Below, in pieces: positions 46,070-56,208 of a DNA stretch of 64,000 nt; the first letter of the stretch is position 1, and each line of letters opens with the position of its first letter. The translations under genes were made by a program, and so were the position numbers. This DNA is from Auanema rhodensis (lineage: Eukaryota > Animalia > Nematoda), in the NCBI GenBank assembly GCA_964057225.1, contig OZ059900.1:3968001-4032000 (forward strand), given 5' to 3'. The notes beneath the pieces were generated by a model that was not told the origin of the DNA, did no database searches, and was given only the letters and a program-made list of their open reading frames with translations.

Positions 46070-46908
46070 TGTTACCTAACCTCCTCGTGGTGTGTCTGTA
46101 AACCACAACATCTAGGTGTTGGGGGCTAATAGGTAAGAAACTTCTCTTTTGAAGGATTTAGGAATGAGAAATACTTCTCAAACATAATCATAGAGACCAT
46201 TCCGTTTCGACCCACTAGGACTATTCGTCCGAAAATGCTCTATATAAGAGAATTCTGCAAGAAGGACCTTGGAGCGAGATTTACATCTCAAACATAATCA
46301 TAGAGACCATTCCGTCTCGACCCACTAGGACTATTCGTCCGAAAATGCTCTATATAAGAGAATTCTGTAAGAAGGACTTTGGAGCGAGATTTACATCTCA
46401 AACATAAACATAGAGACCATTCCGTCTCGACCCACAGGACTATTTGTCCGAAAATGCTCTATATAAGAGAATTCTGTAAGAAGGACCTTGGAGCGAGATT
46501 CACATCTCAAACATGACTTTAAAGACCATAACGTCTTGACAACAAGTGTGTGTGAACACACATACACAATGGGACGAACAAAAGTACCATTCTGTAGGTA
46601 AATGCTCACACACACTCGAATAACCAATAAAGTATACTTACCTTAGTGAAAAAAAATATTTATTCACGAAATACATATGCTCAACAGCAAAATAGAAATC
46701 CAACAAGGGAAACAAGTGAAGAAAAGCTCAATCGTGGGATTTCCTCTTCCTATCCTTTTTGGCCTCCTTCGCCGATTCCTGCGCCTCCAGGCGCTTCTTA
46801 CAGGCATCCAACTCAGCCTGTAGCTGAGACACTTTGCTCTGCTTGCGGAGCATTTTCTCTTCATAAGTGATCAGGAGTTGCCGCAACCCGACAACATCTA
46901 TAGCAACA
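46070..46908. mobile_element. Possible solo-LTR-like segment joining the satellite to the rDNA
   Basis: Begins TGTT (46070) and ends AACA (46908, alternatively 46896). Contains 110-bp tandem repeats with TATATAA and an AATAAA at 46626. No matching TSD or clear PBS/PPT seen. Confidence 0.4.
46176..46530 (+). repeat. 110-bp tandem repeat, ~3.2 copies
   Basis: TCTCAAACAT starts at 46176, 46286, 46396 and 46505. Each full unit carries CTCTATATAAGAG. Confidence 0.95.
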
Positions 46909-46919
46909 CCGGAAGCTAA

Positions 46920-47254
46920 ATATAAAATTTAAAGAGTCGAATGACCCAGAGACTGACATGACATCGAGGTCACCTCGAAGAAAGCCTTAAGAGGCACAAA
47001 AAGCTTTTTCCGGCGCATACCCACAACCGTTACTTTGTCGCGATCAGAATTCATATCTGGAAATCTTGAAATAAATAAGACCAAATCAAATGGTCGACAT
47101 AAAGCATATATAAAGAAATCGAGAAAATAGTATCTGCTCAGCTGAGCTTCTGAGCCAAATCGAGAAAGAGCTATCAACCAGTCAGTCCTACTGGTATTTA
47201 AATGTTACCATTTTAAAAATATGTGTAGCTCAAGCTGGATTTGAAAAAATTCAG
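46920..47254 (-). other. Putative ITS1 (~335 bp)
   Basis: Follows the 18S 3' end directly. Ends in AT-rich TTTAAATTTTATATT then TAGCTTC, which resembles the rhabditid 5.8S start. No further 5.8S follows. Confidence 0.55.
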
Positions 47255-47403
47255 CGATGATCCACCTGCAGGTTCACCTACAGGTACCTTGTTACGACTT
47301 TTGCCCGGTTCAAGCCAATGCGATCAAAATGATTTCTACGGAAGTAAAGCCGAAGCCCAACAACCATTGTCCTCATGTTTCTCGAATAAGCTCAGTTCCG
47401 GAC

Positions 47404-47438
<35 letters not shown>

Positions 47439-47871
47439 ATCAGCGCGAGTTGATGACTCACACTTACTAGGAATTCCTCGTTCATGGGAAATAATTACAA
47501 TTCCCAATCCCGGTCACGGAAGAATTTCAACGGATTACCAAAACCTTTCAGCCATGGAAAACCAGTTGCATCCTCCAGTGTAGCGCGCGTGCAGCCCCGG
47601 ACATCTAAGGGCATCACAGACCTGTTATCGCTCAATCTCGTGCGGTTAAACACCGCTTATCCCTCTAAGAAGTTATATGAACCAAAAAATTCACTAACTA
47701 TTTAGTAGACTAGAGTCTCGCTCGTTATCGGAATAAACCAGACAAATCGCTCCACCAACTAAGAACGGCCATGCACCACCAACCACCAAATCGAGAAAGA
47801 GCTATCAACCTGTCAATCCTACTGGTGTCCGGGCCGGGTGAGTTTTCCCGTGTTGAGTCAAATTAAGCCGC

Positions 47872-47905
<34 letters not shown>

Positions 47906-49002
47906 TCTTTAAGTTTCAGCTTTGCAACCATACTACCCCCAGAACCGAAAAACTTTCGTTTCCGGGAAGCTCCCCGATGAAGCACGAATACTCCTCCGGA
48001 TCGCTAGATGGCATAGTTTACGGTCAGAACTAGGGCGGTATCTAATCGCCTTCGAACCTCTGACTTTCGTTCTTGATTAAAGAAGACATTCTTGGCAATT
48101 GCTTTCGCTTTTGAGCGTCCCCCTACGGTCCACGAATTTCACCTCTCGCGCAGGGATACGAATGCCCCCGAATTGTCCCTATTAATCATTAATTCGACTC
48201 TTAAACCAATAAATAGAACCGAAGTCCTCTTTTATTATTCCATGATAGCACATACAAGCAATCGCTTGCTTTGAGCGCTTTGATTTATTCAAAGTAAACT
48301 CGCCAGCCAGTATACACACCGAAGTACATACACAAAACCGACAAAATAGACACATCTATGATTACCGGCAAGCCGTATCACAGAAAATGCCTCAGATCCA
48401 ACTACGAGCTTTTTAACTACAGCAATAACGTTTTACACTAGTGGAGCTGGAATTACCGCGGCTGCTGGCACCAGACTTGCCCTCCACTGGGTCCTTGTAG
48501 AGCTATTTAAGCTCAGCTCATTGAAATAATCAATCTAAAAAGATTGATCTTTTTATTTTTAGTTACTATCTCACTGAAGTAGTGGATAAGTTACGCGCCT
48601 GCTGCCTTCCTTGGATGTGATAGCCGTTTCTAAGGCTCCCTCTCCGGAGTCGAACCCTAATTCTCCGTTACCCGTGATAACCATGGTAAAACTCTATATT
48701 ACCATCAGGTTGATAGGGCAAACATTAATCTCGAACATCGACAGTAAAACCGTCGATTAACTGGGTTATTCAGAGTCAACAAACATAAAATTGGTTTGTA
48801 CTAATAACTGCGTTGAACTTGGGAAGAAGAACAACTATTAAGCATGTATTAGCTCCAGAATTACCACAGTTATCCATAGAAATCGAGAAAAATCATATCT
48901 GCTCTAATGAGCCGTTCGCAGTTTCTCAAAAATGATGAACTTTATACATGCATGGCTTAATCTTTTACTTGAGCATACAGCGCTGACAGAATCAATCAGA
49001 TT
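47255..49002 (-). rRNA. 18S rRNA gene, full length (~1748 nt), rhabditid-nematode type; possibly an orphan/non-functional copy
   Basis: Reverse complement has 5' CTGATTGATTCTGTCAGC, GTGCCAGCAGCCGCGGTAATTCC, GTACACACCGCCCGTC, and 3' AAGTCGTAACAAGGTACCTGTAGGTGAACCTGCAGGTGGATCATCG in correct order and spacing. Confidence 0.97.
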
Positions 49003-49310
49003 CGCAATAGAGAATCCATTATTTCTTACTAAACAATATAAATATCGAGAAGTAGAATAATTTTTTTTTTCACAATTCACCAAAAAAAATTAGGAAAGTT
49101 GAAAAATCACACAGAAACGACACAATATAGAAAATATTCACATTTTGCAATGTGAACAAGTAAAATTGCAGATAACGAAAATTATTGTAAAAATTTTCTC
49201 CTGCTACCTTACGATTGTGATATCGTTTCGGTGAATAGTGTAACAATCTTCAGATATTATTTCATAATGTTTATATTCTGATGAAACATTCCAGTAAAAA
49301 TACTATGTAA
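49003..49310 (-). promoter_or_regulatory. 5' ETS and putative Pol I promoter region (candidate start near 49204-49210)
   Basis: Unique block upstream of three 18S copies (also 51570-51878 and 57457-57762). Its distal ~110 bp is separately duplicated in the spacer, as spacer promoters are. Confidence 0.6.
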
Positions 49311-49720
49311 ATTACTTTTCCTGCAAAAATACACGAAGAAACTACTTTTCCTGCAAAAATACACGAAGAAACTACTTTTCCTGCAAAAATACACAAAGAA
49401 AAAGTTTTCATGTATAAATACACGAAAAAAAATTTTTCTTGCAAAAATACACAAAGAAAAAGTTTTCATGTATAAATACACGAAAAAAAATTTTTCCTGC
49501 AAAAATACACGAAGAAACTACTTTTCCTGCAAAAATACACGAAAAAAACTTTTTCCTGCAAAAATACACGAAAAAAAATTTTTCCTGCAAAAATACACAA
49601 AAAAAAATTTTTCCCTGCAAAAATACACAAAAAAAAATTTTTCCCTGCAAAAATTCAAGAAAAATTTTTTCCCTTGTAAAAATTCACTAAAAAATTTTTC
49701 TCCCTGCAAAAATGCGAAAA
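49311..49720. repeat. IGS ~30-bp subrepeats (~14 copies)
   Basis: CCTGCAAAAATACACGAAGAAACTACTTTT and variants in tandem. Confidence 0.95.
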
Positions 49721-49784
49721 AAAAAATTATTTAGAAATACTTCCCCGAAGACATATGGTATCAAAATTTCGTTTCTCTCTTATT

Positions 49785-50401
49785 TACTTGATTGATTCTG
49801 TCAGCGCTGTATGCTCAAGTAAAAGATTAAGCCATGCATGTATAAAGTTCATCATTTTTGAGAAACTGCGATAGGCTCACAGCTCAGAGGCCAAAAAAAT
49901 TTCCAAGTCCAAAAAAAATTTTTTTTTCAACATGTTTTCACGATACTCTCAAAACATTTTTTACACATTTTTAAAGAGTTTTAACATTGGAATTGAGAAA
50001 CAAAATTTTTTTTTTACTTGATTGATTCTGTCAGCGCTGTAGCTTTCGTCAAGGAGTAAGCCATGCCAACCGCTCACCGACCACAAAAAAATTTTTTTCA
50101 CGTACTTGATTGATTCTGTCAGCGCTGTATGCTCAAGTAAAAGATTAAGCCATGCATGTAGAAAGTTGAACTTTTTAAGCCAAACCGCCAACCGACCAAA
50201 AATTTTTTCTAGTCAAAAATTATGGAAATTTTTGTAAAATATGCAAATTTTTTTTTTCAAAACTATTTTTCAGAGTAGTCTTATTCTATTTTCTGACTCT
50301 TTTTACATATTTTACACTATATACGAAATATGTTTTGGAAAATTTCCCGATATGGCTTAATCCTTGAGGAAAGCTACAGCGCTGACAGAATCAATCAACT
50401 A
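49785..50401. repeat. IGS cluster of four 18S 5'-end copies: + strand 49785-49879, 50015-50065, 50103-50171; - strand 50352-50401
   Basis: TGATTGATTCTGTCAGCGCTGTA...TAAGCCAT is read directly. Three copies are antisense and one is sense relative to the rRNA. Confidence 0.93.
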
Positions 50402-50498
50402 AAATTTGGAATTTTTATCAAAATTTTTGATTTTTTAAATTAAAATTCTCGGGTGACCATTTATATGCGCTTTTTTTTTGAAAAATGGTTCCAATATT

Positions 50499-50640
50499 CC
50501 AATAAAGTATACTTTTTCTTACAAATAAAGTATACCTTTTCTTACAAATAAAGTATACCTTTTTTTAAATAAGGTATCAATATTGCTATCGCTATATACA
50601 ATCAATAAAACGTTATTTGAAACAAGAATAAGGTATACTT
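50499..50640 (-). terminator. Repeated AATAA(A/G)GTATAC motif just downstream of the 28S end; candidate Pol I terminator elements
   Basis: Copies at 50501, 50524, 50547 (23-bp period), a variant at 50568, and 50627. Function is inferred from position only. Confidence 0.4.
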
Positions 50641-50654
50641 TCAGGTATAAAACA

Positions 50655-50723
50655 AAACATCCAATCAAAGGATAGTCTCAACAGATCGCAGTATATAAAG
50701 ACTGCTCTACTGGATACAACACC
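50655..50723 (-). pseudogene. 28S rRNA 3'-terminal fragment (~69 nt)
   Basis: Reverse complement GGTGTTGTATCCAGTAGAGCAGTCTTTATATACTGCGATCTGTTGAGACTATCCTTTGATTGG resembles the terminal helices of nematode LSU rRNA and is followed by IGS. Confidence 0.85.
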
Positions 50724-51569
50724 TACGAATGTCCCCGAATCGTCCCTATTAATGATTAATTCGACTCTTAAACCAATAAATAGAACCGAAGTCCTCTTTT
50801 ATTATTCCATGATAGCACATACAAGCAATCACTTGCTTTGAGCGCTTCGATTTATTCAAAGTAAACTCGCCAGCCAGTATACACACCGAAGTACATACAC
50901 AAAACCAACAAAATAGACACATCTATGATTACCGGCAAGCCTTATCACAGAAAATGCCTCAGATCCAACTACGAGCTTTTTAACTACAGCAATAACGTTT
51001 TACACTAGTGGAGCTGGAATTACCGCGGCTGCTGGCACCAGACTTGCCCTCCACTGGGTCCTTGTAGAGCTATTTAAGCTCAGCTCAGTGAAATAATCAA
51101 TCTAAAAAGATTGATCTTTTTATTTTTAGTTACTATCTCACTGAAGTAGTGGATAAGTTACGCGCCTGCTGCCTTCCTTGGATGTGGTAGCCGTTTCTAA
51201 GGCTCCCTCTCCGGAGTCGAACCCTAATTCTCCGTTACCCGTGATCACCATGGTAATACTCTATATTACCATCAGGTTGATAGGGCAAACATTAATCTCG
51301 AAAAAAGACAGTAAAACCGTCGATTAACTGGGTTATTCAGAGTCAACAAACATTAATTTGGTTTGTACTAATAACTGCCTTGAACTTGGGAAGAAGAACA
51401 ACTATTAAGCATGTATTAGCTCCAGAATTACCACAGTTATCCATAGAAATCGAGAAAAATCATATCTGCTCTAATGAGCCGTTCGCAGTTTCTCAAAAAT
51501 AATGAACTTTATACATACATGGCTTAATCTTTTACTTGAGCATACAGCGCTGACAGAATCAATCAGATT
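50724..51569 (-). pseudogene. Truncated 18S (nt 1-846) fused to the 28S 3' end
   Basis: Colinear with 48157-49002, with scattered substitutions. Junction TACAACACC|TACGAATG. Confidence 0.93.
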
Positions 51570-51878
51570 CGCAATAGAGAATCCATTATTTCTTACTAAA
51601 CAATATAAATATCGAGAAGTAGAATAATTTTTTTTTCCCAATTCACCAAAAAAAATTAAGAAAGTTGAAAAATCACACAGAAACGACACATTATAGAAAA
51701 TATTCACATTTTTCAATGTGAACAAGTAAAATTGCAGATAACGAAAATTATTGTAAAAATTTTCTCCTGCTACCTTACGATTGTGATATCGTTTCGGTGA
51801 ATAGTGTAACAATCTTCAGATATTATTTCATAATGTTTATATTCCGATGAAACATTCCAGTAAAAATTTTATGTAAAA
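51570..51878 (-). promoter_or_regulatory. 5' ETS / putative Pol I promoter, copy 2
   Basis: Near-identical to 49003-49310. Confidence 0.6.
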
Positions 51879-52311
51879 TACTTTTCCTGCAAAAATACAC
51901 CTACAAACTACTTTTCCTGCAAAAATACACGAAAAAAAATTTTTCCTGCAAAAATACACAAAGAAAAAGTTTTCATGTATAAATACACGAAAAAAAATTT
52001 TTCCTGCAAAAATACACAAAGAAAAAGTTTTCATGTATAAATACACGAAAAAAAATTTTTCATGTATAAATACACGAAGAAACTACTTTTCCTGCAAAAA
52101 TACACAAAGAAAAAGTTTTCATGTATAAATACACAAAGAAAAAGTTTTCATGTATAAATACACGAAAAAAAATTTTTCCTGCAAAAATACACGAAGAAAC
52201 TACTTTTCCCGCAAAAATACACGAAGAAACTACTTTTCCTGCAAAAATACACGAAAAAAATTTTTCCTGCAAAAATACACGAAAAAAAAAATTTTTCCTG
52301 CAAAAATACAC
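51879..52311. repeat. IGS 30-bp subrepeats, interrupted by the LTR
   Basis: Same unit as at 49311. The last copy ...CAAAAATACAC abuts TG at 52312. Confidence 0.93.
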
Positions 52312-52651
52312 TGCGATATGAATTGTCTAAAGTTCTAAGTTTCTTGAGTTGCTAAGTCCAAAAAGGTGGGTTTTCAAGAACGAATCTTTACTATACGAGA
52401 GATAATGATTAAAAAAACAAAGTATTAGAACTATATCGAATTAGCACCAAAACTAACAACGATATTAACACGAACTAAAATAATATCAAGAGTGTCAACG
52501 TACCAACTAAATTAACTAATTAATAACTAACTAGAGAACTCACTCCCTCCATTCTACCTAACTATATATATATTAGACGATAGTTGATCTTAGGAGATCA
52601 AACCTAACTCTACATGTATTGTAGTATGAGCGGTACGATAGATATGTGACA
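52312..52651 (-). repeat. Putative 3' LTR (340 bp)
   Basis: Minus strand reads TGTCAC...ATCGCA, and the CA end coincides exactly with the subrepeat junction. TATA-like run near 52563 and AGTAAA at 52387-52392. There is no second LTR to confirm the boundary. Confidence 0.65.
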
Positions 52652-55600
52652 TCTCGGGGGGTGAAAAAAATGCTCAAGCCCCATTTGAGCAGGCTTGACT
52701 ACGTGAGAGAAAGATATCAGTAGCTACTATCTCTGATAAGCCGTACAGTGTCCAAAAGAATCTAGACTAACCTGTTGACCTATGGGATAATACTCAAGTG
52801 CAGAACTTCACCTTGATGTGATAGCTACTTACTCTTGACAAAAACCTCTGTGCTCTTCAACCAAGAACCATATCACTCATACGAAAACATAAGAGACCAT
52901 ACAACAAAACTAATTCAAAAAAAATAATAATAAGAAAAGAAAAAAAATCTTCTTCTTCTACGACTTCGGTCGACCTCTATTCCTACGTCCCTGAGCTAAC
53001 TTCTGTGGAACGTTTACAAACTGTGTGTTTGAGGGAACCACAAGATCTGATTGTACCCAAGTAGGATTTTTGTTCAGATCTAAAAGAACTGAAGTTTTTG
53101 CTATATCCTTTACCGTAAATGGTCCACGAAACGGGAGTCCTAACTTCTTTTGAGCCCCTTGTTCGTTCAATATCTTAACGAACACTTCTTCTCCTTGCCT
53201 AAACCGATGGGAGGATGACACCTTATGTTTCGCGTCGTAAGCCGACTTCATAAGCTCAGCTTGTTTCTGTGAACGTTCAAGAGCAACTTTACGTGAACGA
53301 CCTAAAACTTCTTTCAGCTCTAATAAATAAGCATCCATATCTGTCAGCTGGAATTGTGACTCAGAGTAAAACTCTGAAAATAATCGTGGAGCTGTTCCAT
53401 ATAACAACTCATAAGGTGAGAATCCTGTTCTCTCATGTACAGCTGTATTATATCCAAATAGAACAAGTGGGAGCCTAGTGTCCCAATCTGAGCGAGCACA
53501 ATCGCTTTTTCTTAACATGCCTACAATTGTTTGGTGAGTTCTTTCCGCCAGCCCATTTTCTCTGGGATTATAAGCCTTTGACGGACACCATGTAATTTGT
53601 AGCGAATCGCAAAGAGCTTTGAAATATTTATTGTCAAACTCTAACCCGTTGTACGAAATTATGCGTGTGGGTAACCGTGCCCCATATCCTATCCACCCGG
53701 TTAAAAATGACTTGACGCATAACTCTGCTGACTTGTTGGGCAGTGGGTAAATTTCTGCCCATTTTGAAAAATAATCAACCACCACTAGACCATACCTATT
53801 ACCCTTTCTAGACATGCCCAACTCTACCATGTCCATTCCCACAGTCTCGAACGGTTTTGTAACTAAAATGGGATTTAACGGTGGAACATTAGTGGATTTG
53901 TAATTGTTTAAGTAACATGATAGACACTTTTTATGCCACTTAATTATATCTGGACCCATTCCCAACCAAAAAAAATTCTCTTTTAAACGCTTTAGCAGCT
54001 TATCTGGCCCTAGGTGCCCTGCCCATACTCCTCCATGCGTATCAGCTATTAGCTTTTCTCGCAACGAGACAGGTACTACCAACAGTTCCTTACCATCCGG
54101 CGTGAGATGGTACAATTTCTGGTTTCTCATAACGAATTCTTTCAACTGAAACCGCTTACCTCCTAAACGAACAACCGTTTCTCCGGATTCATCCAGTCTA
54201 TCGAGAAGTGTTGAAAATTCCGGATCTATTTTCAAGGCTGATATCCACTCATCCTGTTTTCCCTGTTCCAGCTCGATCCTACCGATCACTACTTCTTCAG
54301 TGAACTTGAACTCTTTTTCAGTGGTCTGCCCACCACAATCAACTGGTCCTCTGCTGAGACCGTCAGCTACCCTGTTCGCCGGCCCTTTAATGTATTCTAT
54401 CTGTAAATCATAAGTTCTCAACTTGATTGCCCATCGTAGAACTCGATTGGATGTTTGGCTATTTGCAAACAGACTGAGCAAAGGTAAGTGATCTGTTCTC
54501 ACAATTATCCTAACACCATAAATCAAACCATGAAATCTTTCACAAGCATGTACGATTGCTAGTGCCTCCAGATCTGTAATAGCATACTTCACTTCGTGCT
54601 TTGTCAATCCCCTTGACGTAAAAGCGATCGGATGATATAAATCATCTTGCTGTTTTTGGGTGAGAACGGCGCCCGTTCCTTTCAAACTTGCATCTGTGTA
54701 AAGGATCATTGGTCTTGTACCGTCCCTAGCTGCATCTATATCCGGTTGATGAAGTACAGGCGTGGAACTCATCTTCTGTTTCAGCTTGTTGAAAGACTGT
54801 AAGCACTCCTCATCGAAGTTCCATTCCTTCTTTGTAGAAGTGAGTGCATAGAGAGGTTTCGCAATAACCGCGAAATGTAGTATAAACCTACGATGATACG
54901 AGATCATTCCTAGAAATGTGCGGAGATCCGCTAAACACTGGGGTACTGGGTATTCCACGATGGCCCGTACCTTTTCAGGATCAGTCCGAAGACCTCCAGC
55001 TGATACAATATGACCTAAGAACCGTAACTCAGCTTGAAATAACTTACACTTACTTGGCTTCAACGTGACTCTGAAGCTCTTAAACAGTTGGAAGATCTCA
55101 TCCAAGACTTCCAAGTGTCGTGCTGTTGATGTTGTACTGATTATGACATCATCCACATACGTGTGGACCTCTTTACCCCATAACTTACTGTGACTCAATA
55201 TATAATCCATAGAACGTTGAAAAACAGAAGGGCTGTTACTGAGACCAAAAGGAAGTCGCTTGAACTGGTACAACCCTTTGTGCGTTACGAACGCTGACTT
55301 TTCCTTAGCTGCTTCCTCTAGCGGGATTTGGAAAAATCCTTGAAAGCAATCTATCGAACTGAAAACTGTATACCCTGCCAGTCTTTGTAGCGTTAGTTCA
55401 GCATTTGGTAGAGGATACTTATCCTTTTTCAGCACCTTATTCAGAGCTCTATAATCAACGCAGACTCGCAAAGATCCATCCTGCTTCCTCACTAATACCA
55501 ATGGCGAAGACCAACTAGAAGACGATCTTTCCGTTATTCCTGACGACTCCATCTCGTCCAAAATAGCACCAAGCTCCCTCTGTACTGCGAGTGGCACTGG

Positions 55601-56208
55601 TCGCACCCTTTGTGCAATAGGCGCAGCATCGCCCGTATCGATCGGAGCTGGGGGTACAAGCATAGTCTGCAAATTCTTTTCGTTTGTCGAGAACAGGGTT
55701 TCATGCTTCCTCAGAAGAGACATGACGTCTTTCTTGCGCACTATCTTGCTGTCAACCGCATCAACTATCTTTTGAAGCTGAGCCGACGTGTCTGTTAATT
55801 CATCTTCGTCTGTATATTCCACACGCTGACAGACAAGGTCTAAAGACGGTGTTTCCTGTAATAATGATCCCACCACTTGGGATTTTTTAAATACTAACGG
55901 ATGCAATCCTGAGTTATGCACCGGTATTTCTAACAACTCGCCAACAGGCGAACCTACCGTACTCGGTATTGACGGTTCTTCACTAAAAAACGAAACCGGC
56001 TGCTTGGTTCCTGACCCATCAATTGTTACAATCTTGGAGCAACCTGGTGGGATTACACATCTCGCCTGAATCTTTGCAAGATCACTCTCAAGACACAACT
56101 GAATACCTAAAGCAGCAAACGAATTAGAGCCCAGTATTACCTGTGGCGTGTTCATGAACGCTACTGACACCTTAGCGGTTCGTTTACTTCGAATAAGGTG
56201 GATATCCA
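52312..56208 (-). mobile_element. 5'-truncated Ty3/Gypsy LTR retrotransposon (3' LTR + 3' UTR + pol; no gag or 5' LTR)
   Basis: Pol domain order is RT-RNaseH-IN. A TG...CA-bounded segment lies at the 3' end. The 5' side is joined directly to 18S sequence at 56209. Confidence 0.92.

Noticed and set aside
46040-46100. Telomere addition or chromosome-break site at the satellite end
   Set aside because: No TTAGGC-type tandem repeats are present.
46909-46919. 5.8S rRNA gene
   Set aside because: Only ~7 nt (TAGCTTC) resemble the 5.8S start and no 5.8S core follows; not enough to annotate.
46391-47177. Short ORFs in the junction segment
   Set aside because: 66-82 aa, overlapping repeats/ITS on both strands, no motifs.
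47241-48274. ORFs antisense to 18S, and similar ORFs at 49961, 51471, 56457-56835, 62767 and 63555
   Set aside because: Well-known spurious translations of rRNA or spacer sequence.
53269-55798. Small + strand ORFs inside pol
   Set aside because: Antisense shadows of the pol frame.
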